Origin: Mesotaenium endlicherianum
Lineage: Eukaryota
NCBI GenBank assembly: GCA_009602735.1
Contig: WELA01001939.1
Span: forward strand, 1 to 36,602
Length of the DNA: 36,602 nt
Reading direction: 5' to 3'
The notes under the pieces are model-generated. The model saw only the letters and a program-made list of their open reading frames with translations, searched no databases and was not told the origin of the DNA. The position numbers were made by a program, and so were the translations under genes. Shown piece by piece: positions 22,567 through 34,755 of this stretch. Every line of letters begins with the position of its first letter. The stretch's first letter is position 1.

Positions 22567-25500
22567 TTTGGGCGCACGCGCACACAAGCACGCACCTGGT
22601 GAAAGAGTTTCTTCTGGGAAGACAGGTGTGCAGCGACTGCCGGCACATGGTGTGCCCCCGCTGCCTCCAGGAGCAGCAGCGCCACCAGACGCCACTGCAG
22701 AGTGCCAAGTGGCGGCAGCGCCTCCACAAAGCTCAGCCGGTTCACTAGGCGCGCCTGCACCACTCCCGCCTCGCATGACAGGTCAAGCCACAAAGATGAC
22801 CGTCATCTCAAAGCAAGGACAGTCGCAAAAATGCAGCCACATCATTCACATGTCCATCCACGTCCCCTTCCCGTCCCCGTCCCCGTCCCCGTCCCCGTCC
22901 CCACCCCATCCGCATCCCCATCCCTGTCCCCGTCCCTGTTCCCCTCCTCACCCCCACTCCCACTCCCACTCCTACTCCCACTCTCCACTCCAATCCCCTC
23001 CCTACCCCCCTTCTCCCCTGGCCTTTGCTGTTGCATGTCATCAGCTGCAGCAGCAGGACGACAAACAACGCCCCCCAAAAGCTGGGAAAGCTTTCTTCAG
23101 AGTCGTAGTACACGGTAGCTGAGCCGGGACGAACAGGAAGAAGGAGAAAGGAAGAGAGNTGGCTTCCAGCAGAATAGAAGTGACGGCAGCAGCAGGCCTG
23201 GTGGGGGCGAGGAAAGGACGCACCACACGAAACGCCGAAACGGTACAACACGCGGTTGGGAGACAGAGGAGACGGCAGAGCGTGGGCGCAAAGCGAACGA
23301 GCGCGCCGGATGGCGGGCTGTGGCACCCTCTGAGGCTTTGACCAGCCATGTAGGCTTTGACCAAATCTGATCTGGAGCTACAGCGAGCACCTGTAAAGGT
23401 CCAGCTTTGTCGCAGCAGCAAGGAGAATGCACGCGAGCTTGGGAGGAGCGCAGACACAGACGTAGATGCTGGGAAAATTCTGCTGCCAAGGAGCAGCAGA
23501 CGACGGAAGCAAAAACCAAAAGTGGAAGAGGAGCACAGAGCCTGCCATTCAGGCGTAAGAGCAAGGGGGGCAGGGGGGGGCGGANNNNNNNNNNNNNNNN
23601 NNNNNNNNNNNNNNNNNNNNNNNNNNNNNNNNNNNNNNNNNNNNNNNNNNNNNNNNNNNNNNNNNNNNNNNNNNNNNNNNNNNNNNNNNNNNNNNNNNNN
23701 NNNNNNNNNNNNNNNNNNNNNNNNNNNNNNNNNNNNNNNNNNNNNNNNNNNNNNNNNNNNNNNNNNNNNNNNNNNNNNNNNNNNNNNNNNNNNNNNNNNN
23801 NNNNNNNNNNNNNNNNNNNNNNNNNNNNNNNNNNNNNNNNNNNNNNNNNNNNNNNNNNNNNNNNNNNNNNNNNNNNNNNNNNNNNNNNNNNNNNNNNNGG
23901 GGGGCTCACCAACGTCTGCTCCACAAGCGACAAGCTCACAGTCATCCGGAGCCTCTGGATGAGTTCGGGGAGGGCCCGCCCCACGCAGTCCGAGAACGTG
24001 CGAGCGATCGCAACGGAGACCCCGCTGCTGCTGCTGCCGGCGGGGGGGGAGACCTGGGGCTGGTACTGCCGCCCCTCCACCTCTAGCGTCCCCTCCTCCT
24101 CGCGGCTGTAGGGCTGCCCCAGGATGAAGGCCACCGCCTCCGCCGACACCCACTCCTCCAGAGCCATCCAGAGGGTGCCAAATGTCGAGAGCTGCGCGCA
24201 TCCACACGGCGTGCACGCAGATGCGCGTGAGGGCACGCACGCGCGAGAAAAGGAGGACAAGGCGTGCGAGTGTGTGAAGAGGATAGGAGCAGCAAGAGCA
24301 GCAGCAGCATAAGAAGGAGCGGGCAAAGAGAGGACGAGCGGTTCTGCGCGTTTGCAGAGACTCACGCACGCATGCGCGCGGGCACACACACTCACACACA
24401 CAGACGCTCACACGTGCACGCGCGTGCGCACGCACACACACACATATGCGTGCGCGCGCACACACAAACAGCGACTCACTTACATTTACCCAAATGCGTA
24501 CGAACACCCACACCGCACACACACACACACAGACACACTCCCTCACACAAATTCCTCCTCGCCAGCGGGTGCATTCATAACACAGTCACTATATAAAATG
24601 ACAGGTAGAAACAAGCACACACTCAACAGGCCCATACGCAGCATCTGAGCCGTCAGATGAGGCTGCAGCGGGCCATCGACAGCCCACCTCAGCTCTGAAG
24701 CCCTCTGGCGGCGCGTCGCTCCAGTCAGCTTGCCGCCCGAGCGCGTCAGCATCTTCCTCCTCCTCGTCCTCCTCCTCCCCCTCACCTTCTTCCAGCTCCT
24801 GCTCTTCCCACTCCTCCTCGTTGCCCTCCTCTTCCTCCTCGCCAGCACCGGCGTCCTGCCTGGCCCGCCGGGTGCTGCTCCCAGCGCCAGCTGTCCCCTT
24901 CTTCCTTCTCCTCGTCCTCTGTGCGGTGGTGGTGGTCGCTTCTGCTTCTGCCAGCTGGCCCTCAGCCGCGCGGCTCCAGCCGGACAATGACTGGGCGGCC
25001 TCCCCAGAGCTGCCAAGTGGCAATGAAGACAACGCCGAAAGCGGCGGCAGGGGTGGGCCCTCAGGCCGTATGCCGATCCCAAACGACTCCGCTGCAAGCT
25101 CCACACATGCGCACACAGGCTGGGGCTCAATTTCCATTTGATGTGTTACCCTTCTTCCCTCCCTCAGTCTCTCTCGCGCTCTCTCTCTCTCTCTGTCCCC
25201 CTCTCTCTCTCCCTCTCTATCAATCCCTTACCTCGCTCTCTTTCTTGTCTCGCCCACTCCTGCACTTGCCCACTCTCCCTGAGGGTGAGGTGGCAAAGCA
25301 AGCGGCTCTTGGGTGTCACATACGGAGGAGAGAACAACACGCGAAAAGAAGAGAGAGAGCTGGAAGTGAGGCAGCTCAGGAGCCCAGAGGGAGCGAGCGG
25401 AGGAAACGGGAGGAAAGAAGGTAGCCGACTAGTGCAAAGCTGTTGGAACATCGAGACCACGCACACGCACACGTGCGCATCACACGCGCACGCGCACGCG

Positions 25501-28500
25501 CATACGCTGCGACAATTTCTCGAGCAAACCAAGCCAAGCGCGAGCGAGATAAGAAAAAATTTACAGAACTGAGTAGCTCTCCTGCTACAACGACTACTGC
25601 AAGGAGCTCCCGCACCACCTCACCCTCCACCCTGGCACAAAAGTTTGAGGCAGAGCCAGCAGGAGCTCGGTGGCAGCCTCTTTCCCTCCGTTTCTCTAAC
25701 TCGCTCTTCTCCTCCCCCTCTGGATCTCCCACTCTGCTCTCTCCCTCTCTTGCACTCACTCTCTCCCACCCCCTCCTCTCTCCCTCTCACTCACTCTCTT
25801 GCACTCCCGCTCTCTCGCTCTCTCCCTCTCTTCCTCTCTCCCGCTCCCTCTCTCTGCCCCTCCCCCTCTCCCTCGCCATCTCTCGCTCTCTTGCTCTCTT
25901 CCTCTGCCTCTCCCTGTCCCCTTCCCTCATTCTCTCCCTCTTTCCCCCTCCCTCTCCCTCGCTCGCTCTCTCCCTCTATCGCGCGCGCTTGCTCACCAGC
26001 GCGGCTCTCGGGGACGTCCCCAAGGGCGGCAGCGCGCGCCGCTTGCGCCAGCAGCTCTGCGAGCGCCCGCGCCGACTCCACCCGCGGATCCTCCTTCCTC
26101 CTCTCCTCTCTCCCCCCCTGGGCCTGGGCCTGGGTCTGGGCCTGGGCCTGGCCCTCCCTCCCCCTCCCCGCAGCCTCTGCAGCCTCCACCTGCGCGTTCT
26201 CCTCCGTCCTCCCCTCCCCTCTCCCGCTGTGACCCTCGTGCTCGCTTGAACTCTTGTTCCCCGCAGCCTCTGCTGCCGCTGCCTCCTCTTCCTTCCCGCC
26301 TGCAGGCTGGGAACCTGTTGCATCCGCACAGTGCGAATGGGACCCCGCGCTCCTCTCGCCTGTGTCTCTGCAGCCCTCCTGCGCCCCGCCACTTTCGCTT
26401 TCTGGCGCCGGTGGTGCTGCGCCAGCTGTGCCTGCAATTGCGGCTGCGGCTGCTGTTGCAACTGCGGCGGGTGGGGACAGCGCCGGCTGCTGCGGAGGCA
26501 CTGTCTGCGGGGGCGAGGGAGCGCCACCTGGCGGCGTCTCCGGCAGAGTCGGCGGCGGCGGCAGCGAGAACGTCGCAAGCGCCTCCCCAAACTCGTCAGC
26601 CCACGAGACGCGCCGCGTCAGCAGGGGGGCGGGGGGACCGTTTGCGTCGCCAGCCCCAGGCCCAGCCACAGGCCCAGGCCCAGCACCAGCCCCAGCTGCC
26701 GTCTGCTGCTGCTGCTGCTGCTGCAGCTGCAAGCGCTTGAGCGCGGGCGACGGCCGCACCGCTGATCTCAGCGATCCGGCGGTGCGAGGGCTGGGCGGCG
26801 CGCTCCTCCGCAGCACATCCAGCTGCGAGTGGTGGTGCTCCTGCTCCTCTTCCCCTCCGAGGGCTAGGGCTCCGGCGACGGCAGCGACGGCGCTCCTGGC
26901 CCTCTCGTCCAATCGCAGCGCCCCCCCCCAGAGCGGTTCCCGCTCGCCCCCCCACGCCGACACCGACGCCGAGGCTGAGGCGGAGGAAGAGGCGTACTGC
27001 GCGCGCTCGCTCAAGAGCCGCTGCCACACCTCCTCCAGCTTTGCCCCTGCGGAGGGCGCTCCTGCTGCCGCTGTTGCTGCTGCTGCTGGGAGGGGGGGAT
27101 TTGACGAAGGCAACGGCGACTGCGGAGCCGAGAACGACGCCGATGACGACGAGGACGAGGACGGCGGGTGCGGCGCCGCGGGTTGCGCAGGAGTGGCAGG
27201 AGCAGGAGCAGGAGCAGGAGGAGAAGGAGTAGGAGACGAGGCGGGATCGGCGGCTGGGTAGTCATCAACCGCCTGCTCCTGCCGGTGATGCTCCTGCTCC
27301 CGCTCCCGCTCCCACTCCCGCTCCTGCTCTTCCTGTGGCTGCTGCTGCTGGCAGTGGCCCCCCTCATGCGATGACAACGATGACGACGGCGGCGCCGCCG
27401 CCGCACGTGTCGAGAGGAGGAGCTTCGAGTCGACAGCGTCGGTTGACTGCTGTGCGGCAACCTCATGAGGCATCGGGCGGGGGGGCTCCCGCGCTCCTTC
27501 TTCTGGGAGGCGGGGGCCCGTGAAATCCGCGGCAGCGCCAAACGGCAGTGCACCGGCGGCGGCAGCGGCAGAGATGTAGACGCTCGAGTAGGGATGGTGC
27601 TGACTGTGGCGGTGGGGGTGGTGGGGGTGGTAGAGGAGGAGGCTGTCGAGAAATCCGTCGCGTCGGTGGCCCAGGTTGGGCGGCGGGGGCGCGCTCTGCA
27701 CGATGGCCACGATCTGCGAGACAGCATCGCTCCTGTTCAGGTACTCCTCGCCCTGCTCCTCCTTCTCACGCTGCTGCTGCTGCTGCTGGTGGTCTCCCAA
27801 AGCCGGCTGGGAAAACCCTGCGGCGGCGCCAGGTGGCACGCGCGGGGCTTGTGCACCTGGCGTGTCTGGCTGCTCCGCAGTTCCTCTGCTGCTCGCCCGC
27901 TCCTTCTTAACATGGTCCAAAGTGACCTCCGCTCGCGCGTGGGCTGCGGCTGAAGCCTCTTCTGCTTCCAGCGCCATGCGTGCTTCTTGTGCTTCCTCTT
28001 GCACTTGCTGTGCCTGTGCCTGACCCTTTGCCTGCGCCAGTGCCTGTGGCAGGGCTGGTCCCTGCGCCTGTGCCTGTTGGCGAGCTGCCAGGGTGCCAGG
28101 TGGCGATGGGCACACGGGTGCGGCCGCCGCCGCCGCCGCTGCCCTCTTCTCCCGCCTCTGAGGGATGTAACCCTCAATTGCATCCGACGGGCCCGCGCGC
28201 GAGAAATCCTGCCAAGCCAACAATGCTGCTCCCGCTCCCGCCGCCCCGACCCCCACACCCGCCGGCGCCACCTGTCGCTCTCGGATAGGGAGCTCGCCCT
28301 TGAACGCCCGGGGATCCTCGGGTTCCTTAGAGGCGGCGCGGCCGTTGCCGCCTGCTACAGCTGCTGCTGCTGGTGCTGCTGCTGCGGTGCCACTTGTTGC
28401 GGAGGGGTTGCGCACAGCCTCCATGAGGGAGCGGAGCTCGCTCTCGCCGCGCAAGCGGTCGCGCTTGGCCGGCAGCGCGACGGCAAGCGCGCGCGCGCTC

Positions 28501-31500
28501 ACCATGCACGCGCTGCTGCAGTACTTGCTCGCCTCCTGCTCCCGAGAAAAAAGGACACACACGACGCATCCCCCACCCCCAAACACCACCCTCCCCCCCC
28601 CTCAGCCCAAGAAACCCAACTCTAGTGCTCGTTTGTGCCCCACGGCAACGTGTGGGCACGCACTCGGGCGCAGCTGCGGCGCTCCTGCGGGGACGACAGG
28701 TGGCAGCAATGGCCGCACGAACCTCCTGCGAGCGCCGGGTGGTGTGCACGCGTACACAGCGGCCAGTGGCGCCAGCAGCGGCAGCAACGGGCATCCCATC
28801 CCCTCCCCCCTCCCCAAGAAAAAGCGTGCATGCTCCAGATCAATCGATCCGTGGTGGGGACTTACTCCGCCGTCAGGACGTCCACCCAGCTCCTAGGAAC
28901 GCTATCTTTGTGCCAATGCACTCGACCCCTACAGTTCCCGCAGGGCCCTCCCGACTGCTCCCCACTTGAGAGCACCACATAGCCCCCACGCACTGACCCC
29001 AAACCTGAAACTTGCGCTCTGACCTTTGAGTGCCAAGCTTTGACCTCATTTTGGACCCTGGCCAGGAATCACAAGTACAATCCTCAAGCCTAACTCTGAT
29101 CAGAAATCCTAACCCTAATCCTTTGCTCTTTACCCCATAAGCGTGCAGAAACCCCCTGAAGGCAATGCGTGGGGGGCATGCCTCCTGCCTAGCCCCCTAT
29201 CCCCCTGGCGCCCCCCTTCCCTTGCGCGAGCCCCTCTCCCCTCTACAATCTGTCCCCCCNNNNNNNNNNNNNNNNNNNNNNNNNNNNNNNNNNNNNNNNN
29301 NNNNNNNNNNNNNNNNNNNNNNNNNNNNNNNNNNNNNNNNNNNNNNNNNNNNNNNNNNNNNNNNNNNNNNNNNNNNNNNNNNNNNNNNNNNNNNNNNNNN
29401 NNNNNNNNNNNNNNNNNNNNNNNNNNNNNNNNNNNNNNNNNNNNNNNNNNNNCCCCCCCCCGCGTCTTCCCCTTTCCAGCCAGAGTCGGCGAGCAGCAGT
29501 GAAGAGTACTTTAATTCCTTGGGGGTTGGGGTTGCTGTATTGAAATCTCTGGGGTAAAAATTGCAAAAAAATAAATGATTCGGACTGGTAGGGGAGGGTA
29601 GGTAGGGTAGGGTAATTAGGGTAGGATAGGGCAGGGCAGGGAAGGGTAGGGTAGAGAAGGGTGGGGTGGGGTTAGGTAGGGCAGGTTCGGTATGGGCTTA
29701 GATTTGGTTTAGGTTAGGAATCAGCAACGCACCTCGTTGTCGTACACCTTCTGGTCCTTGAGGGAGATGCGGAACCGGCCTTTCCGCTGCTTGACACCTG
29801 TCAGGCTGTTGGCACACGCCAGGTTGCCGCAGAGCGTTGCCAGCGCGCGCTCCGACGCCAGGTCGTCGAGCTCCGATTGGACAAGGAGCTGCTGGGCGGC
29901 GGCCAGCTGTGCAGGGACAGCTGCGCCCTCCAGCAGCGCCAGCTGTACGCTGAACACGGCCGTCTTCTGGGCCTGCGCGCACACGCCGTGTGTAAGACAC
30001 ATGGGTGAGTGGTGCATGCGACTATGTGTGTGTGTGTATATTCGCGTGAGTGTGTGCCAGTGTGTGCGTGTGTGTGTGTGAGTGTGTGTGTGTGCATGAG
30101 CGCGAGAGGAAGAGAAACACGAGCCAGCGTGCCACCAGAGCCGTCGCCCCTGCCGACCGCTAGTCGCCGGTCGCAAAGCCAGCAACTTCCGTAGCGTGGA
30201 CACCTGGATGAGATACACCTTGACGAGAGATATGCCCGGATGGGATGTACCTCGACGAGGTATACCTTCAAAGGCACATCCATCAATGTTTTGCTTTGCC
30301 TGTTGCCTGCCCCCCCTAGCACCCCCTGCTCCACTGCCCCACAAGCCAAATGCCTCGATGGCCACACTGGCCCACAGCCACGCTCCCACAATTCTCAAGT
30401 GACAGAAGGAAGTCGGTAGTGAACACCAAATACATACATCAACTCCATCTCACTCACAGCCCACTATCTCCCACCTCCCACCTCTGCCCACTCCCACGCC
30501 CACGCCAACATGCACAACCACACCCACGCCCACGCCCACGCCCATGCCCACAGCAAAACGCCCTCCTTCGCACTCACTCCCACGCCATCGCCCTCGCCCG
30601 TGTTCTGATGGTGCAATACGCGAGCAGTGCCGGTAAGTGTCGGCTGAGAACTGGACACGTGGCACTTCAGCCCCACGTGGAGCCCGAGCAAGCGCGAGCA
30701 CGAGCCCTCAGTTGCTTACACCTGTCGGCAGCAAGGAAGGGAGCACATCGGCTTGTCGGAGGAGCAGGTGGCAGAAGCAGGAGGGGGAGGCACGGAGGGG
30801 AGGGGTGACCGGACAAATTGCTGCAGAGCTCCTGCCTGCCCTACAGCGACACCTGTCACAGCCCCTGCCCGGTTGGGTAAATCACCAGGATACTCCTTAG
30901 AAGGGGAGGGCCCAAGGCCTACATGCCGCCATCAGAACTCTCAGAGGCTCTCCTTCTGCCTGAGGGAGGGGGAGCCTGGGAAGGGGGAAGCTGGGGAGGG
31001 AGAGCATGGGGAGGGGGNNNNNNNNNNNNNNNNNNNNNNNNNNNNNNNNNNNNNNNNNNNNNNNNNNNNNNNNNNNNNNNNNNNNNNNNNNNNNNNNNNN
31101 NNNNNNNNNNNNNNNNNNNNNNNNNNNNNNNNNNNNNNNNNNNNNNNNNNNNNNNNNNNNNNNNNNNNNNNNNNNNNNNNNNNNNNNNNNNNNNNNNNNN
31201 NNNNNNNNNNNNNNNNNNNNNNNNNNNNNNNNNNNNNNNNNNNNNNNNNNNNNNNNNNNNNNNNNNNNNNNNNNNNNNNNNNNNNNNNNNNNNNNNNNNN
31301 NNNNNNNNNNNNNNNNNNNNNNNNNNNNNNNNNNNNNNNNNNNNNNNNNNNNNNNNNNNNNNNNNNNNNNNNNNNNNNNNNNNNNNNNNNNNNNNNNNNN
31401 NNNNNNNNNNNNNNNNNNNNNNNNNNNNNNNNNNNNNNNNNNNNNNNNNNNNNNNNNNNNNNNNNNNNNNNNNNNNNNNNNNNNNNNNNNNNNNNNNNNN

Positions 31501-32877
31501 NNNNNNNNNNNNNNNNNNNNNNNNNNNNNNNNNNNNNNNNNNNNNNNNNNNNNNNNNNNNNNNNNNNNNNNNNNNNNNNNNNNNNNNNNNNNNNNNNNNN
31601 NNNNNNNNNNNNNNNNNNNNNNNNNNNNNNNNNNNNNNNNNNNNNNNNNNNNNNNNNNNNNNNNNNNNNNNNNNNNNNNNNNNNNNNNNNNNNNNNNNNN
31701 NNNNNNNNNNNNNNNNNNNNNNNNNNNNNNNNNNNNNNNNNNNNNNNNNNNNNNNNNNNNNNNNNNNNNNNNNNNNNNNNNNNNNNNNNNNNNNNNNNNN
31801 NNNNNNNNNNNNNNNNNNNNNNNNNNNNNNNNNNNNNNNNNNNNNNNNNNNNNNNNNNNNNNNNNNNNNNNNNNNNNNNNNNNNNNNNNNNNNNNNNNNN
31901 NNNNNNNNNNNNNNNNNNNNNNNNNNNNNNNNNNNNNNNNNNNNNNNNNNGGCGTAGAAAGGGGGAGGGGGAGCAGGTAGGGAGGAAGCACGGGGAGGGG
32001 GGTAGCATAGGGGGGCAGAGTATGGAGGGGGGGGAGAGCACAGGGAGGGGGGAGCATGGGGAGGGGGATGACACCTGCAGGGCTTCGGCATGAGCAACAG
32101 CTTGCTCCCTGGCCTTCCTTAACCTCTCATCCTCCTCCTGGCTCTGCCCCCGCTTCTTCCTATGCTCCTCCTCCTCCTCCTCCCGCACGCCTGGGGGCTT
32201 GGCAGCCTTCCTCTGGCTGGGGAGTTTTCGCCTTGAGGGTTTGAGGCTGGGGGTTGGAGCTTCCAGCTCTAGGGGAGGCCGAGGCGAAGCAAGGCCATTG
32301 CTTGAGATGATGACACCTGTCTGAAAGCCTGGGAAATCGACAGGCTCCTGCTGGCTGCTGCCTATTACTGATGACACTGGAGGCGTGGTGTTCTTGTCAG
32401 CGTCTACTGACGCTTTCGCTTTCGACTTTAACAACGACTTTGACTTTAACTTGGACTCCGTGACCGACTGACTGGCCTGGACAGGCTTTGAGGACTGCTT
32501 GTCATGAGTTGCTCTGTTGACCTTCGACTTGTCCGCTGCACATAGAACAAAAAAAGTATATTTGGTCTTTTAGCACCAGACCGAGTTTGAACTACATGAT
32601 CAAATAAATGCAAAGCATGGGTGCTTGATCCAGCAGCTCCCAACACGTTTTGTATCTAAACAATTTTGGTTATGCAAGGAATCTGTAAATCATTTTTTCT
32701 TACGGAAAATAAAACGTCAACGTTTGCACACAACTTCCGTTTCTTTACGAGGAGTCAAGGGACAGGTAACATCGTGAAGTTCGTAAAAGCTGTTAGCACG
32801 AAATATATTTCTATCGCTTACTTACCTTTTGACGTGACAGGAGGTCCATAGTCAAGAACAGGAAGATAGCTTGACAT
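21548..32877 (-). CDS. RPAP2: RNA polymerase II-associated protein 2 / Rtr1 CTD phosphatase homolog (plant RIMA type), ~1417 aa; exons 32877-32826, 32535-32075, 29972-29733, 28535-25997, 25091-24688, 24191-23910, 22754-22596, 21664-21548
   Basis: Rtr1 Zn-domain: DDLASERALATLCGNLACANSL…KGRFRISLKDQKVYDNE|EASKYCSSAC. Plant RPAP2 motifs follow in the expected order: AIEGYIPQR, VSWADE, SARALAELLAQAA, WSDAPPEGF, LSTFGTLWMALEEWVS, CVGRALPELI, QWRLVALLLLEA and EEYLIFRQLTLP. All junctions are GT-AG and phase-consistent (4254 nt). The first two exons are less certain, and three N-gaps fall inside introns. Confidence 0.9.
21723..21773 (+). repeat. (CA)n microsatellite in last RPAP2 intron
   Basis: Near-perfect ca run. 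Confidence 0.95.
22240..22590 (+). repeat. Degenerate (CA)n/(CG)n low-complexity tract in RPAP2 intron
   Basis: Long alternating purine-pyrimidine runs. Similar tracts lie at ~24360-24545 and ~30025-30095. Confidence 0.9.
22862..22990 (+). repeat. Hexamer microsatellites (CCCCGT)n / (CCCACT)n
   Basis: Seen directly. Confidence 0.85.
23585..23898. other. Assembly gap
   Basis: N run flanked by G tracts. Confidence 0.99.
29260..29452. other. Assembly gap
   Basis: N run flanked by C tracts. Confidence 0.99.
29590..29718 (+). repeat. (GGGTA)n-like G-rich tract in RPAP2 intron
   Basis: gggtagggtagggtaattagggtagg…gggtggggtgggg, with many GGG runs and short loops. Confidence 0.8.
31018..31950. 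other. Assembly gap
   Basis: N run flanked by gggggagagcatgggg-type repeats. Confidence 0.99.
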
Positions 32878-33120
32878 AATTCAGGTATGAATAGTGTCGT
32901 AGAACTTATCTACCAATCACGTTCTCTCGTCTTTCTCACGGAGACAAATATAGGCGGTGGTTATCATGGACGTCTTTGCGCCACTCGTGTTCTTTCATTA
33001 AAGTCAGATTGATAGTGTGCCTATTCGATCATGCAGCTTGCCTATTTCGAGTGCAGTAAGAGGAGGTAACCATGCTAGTTCATTTAAGTTTGCGGATCTT
33101 AGTGAAACTTTGATCCGTGG

Positions 33121-33200
33121 ACCTCGACTGCACTCGTGACTCGACTAGACTCGACCTTGTTCGACCTGGTTCGACCTGGTTCGACCTGGTTCGATCCCAC
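33121..33200 (+). repeat. 10-bp tandem array (GTTCGACCTG / ACTCGAC)
   Basis: gttcgacctg x3 plus ctcgac variants. Confidence 0.85.
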
Positions 33201-33567
33201 TCGTGAGAGCTCGTCCCGTGCATGGTGGAAAACTCGGCTCTAGCTTGCTCGGCTGGAACTGGCTGGAACTTTCGTCTCCACGTTTAGTTTCTGCTTGCTT
33301 TCCTCTCATTTGTCTCGAGAATTGAACTTCGACTAGTGTACTTCGAACATTGGTAACTAGGGTCAAACAAGGTCGGAATTTTTGTGGGCCTTTTTCATCA
33401 TTTTTCAGCCTTTTTGGCCCTGCGTTCATTGCTTGTTTAATCTGCACATTAAATGAGAAGCCTAGTTGCCTCGGAATTTGCTGGCCCTCCAACACAATCA
33501 GCCCTGGACTTCACGACGACTTTGGTCAAGGTCAGCAGACGATTGTACGCATGGTACAATCAAATAC

Positions 33568-33650
33568 AAGCTGGTCCAAGCAAGTAAGCTGGTATCAGCT
33601 CAGTCAGTATCAGCTGGTATCAGTCAGCTGGTATCAGCCTGGTATCAGCT
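33568..33650 (+). repeat. Degenerate array of (AG)CTGGTATCAG
   Basis: ctggtatcag occurs four times, plus variants. Confidence 0.8.
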
Positions 33651-33794
33651 GCCAATTTGTTCCAGGCGCCCAAGGGTGACTTGTGCTCGCTTGTGCTGAA
33701 GCTGGTTACTATTCGACATCAGGCGGCTTCAGGCGGTGCCTGGCGGCACAAAGTTCTTTCTTTATTCGTGTGAGATGTGAGGGAGCAGTCGCTG

Positions 33795-33911
33795 CCAGTC
33801 GGGCCCAGTCGGGACTGGTCGGGACTGGTCGGGACTGGTCGGGACAAACCAGGACGCACACAGGAGTGCACAGGAGAAGCCAGGAGAAGCCAGGAGAAGC
33901 ATAGGAGAAGC
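33795..33911 (+). repeat. Two adjacent 10-bp arrays: GTCGGGACTG and CAGGAGAAGC
   Basis: gtcgggactg x3 with variants, then caggagaagc x3 with variants. Confidence 0.85.
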
Positions 33912-34279
33912 TGGCTTCCGAGTTCCTCCGCCCAAGAATTGTGGTACACTGGCAATTTAACTGCCATCGGAGCAAGACACGTTCTACATCAAGAGCAGCA
34001 CAGCGAGGCTTCAAGCATCACTGCTCACGCTAGAGCGGTGCTCATCGGGTGGAAAGTTGGAACAGGTGGGAGTGGTGCAGAGTGGTGAGTATACTCGTGC
34101 TCATGCAAGGAATTCCCTCGTGACCATTTTCTTTAGTAATGCAAAGGCGTAGCTGCCGCTTGCTCACATCTGACGAGGGAATCGCACATATAAAGAAGAC
34201 GTCCACGTTCTTTCTCAAAAAACGCAAAGTCACAATTTGAAGCATGGACGCATAAGGGTCTTTCGTTTTCGCTGTGAAC

Positions 34280-34755
34280 ATGGCTCACACACTATGCAGC
34301 AATGCCAGCTCAACTTTGCAATTGGGCGTTCGAGAGGTGAAGCGAAGGCCTGAAAGCGATCGCAATAGAATGACAATAAGCTTCTTTGGGAAGCCCGCGC
34401 CCTTCAACAAAGAACTTCATCACCTGGCTTCAGGTCTATGTCGTAGCCACTGCAGAAAGTACGCATTCACAGAACGGCGGTCCTGCCTGCCAATTCTCGC
34501 GGTTGACTCTACTGGCTACGCGGGAGCCGCTGATGGCAGCAGTGACGCAGCATCCAAGCCGCTGGATTCTCTCGCAAGGTCTTTCAGGGGCGCCAGCCCA
34601 AGAAGCGGGGAGAAGAAGAGGGAAGGAAACGTTCAGGGCGGGGTCGTGAAAGGAGGATCCGCCGAGGAGAGGCCCTCAGAGGCTGACGTGGTCGTGATTG
34701 GGGCCGGAATAGGCGGCCTCTGCTGCGCAGCTCTGCTTGCAAAATACGGCTACAA
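34280..34755 (+). CDS. Carotenoid isomerase-like (CRTISO/CrtH-like) FAD-dependent oxidoreductase, exon 1 with probable plastid transit peptide (gene continues beyond window)
   Basis: ATG at 34280. A Ser/Arg-rich N-terminal extension is followed by EADVVVIGAGIGGLCCAALLAKYGY, a GxGxxG Rossmann fold in the form typical of the plant CRTISO-like/phytoene-dehydrogenase-like family. Donor aa|GTGAGT at 34756. The next exon was not found in the window. Confidence 0.8.

Noticed and set aside
30753..32434. Long ORFs spanning N gaps (also 23041-24546 and 29143-29566)
   Set aside because: Artefacts of N runs. Only the RPAP2 exon portions are supported.
33121..33911. Repeat arrays as CRISPR
   Set aside because: Contiguous 10-bp units with no spacers, in a eukaryotic context with no cas genes.
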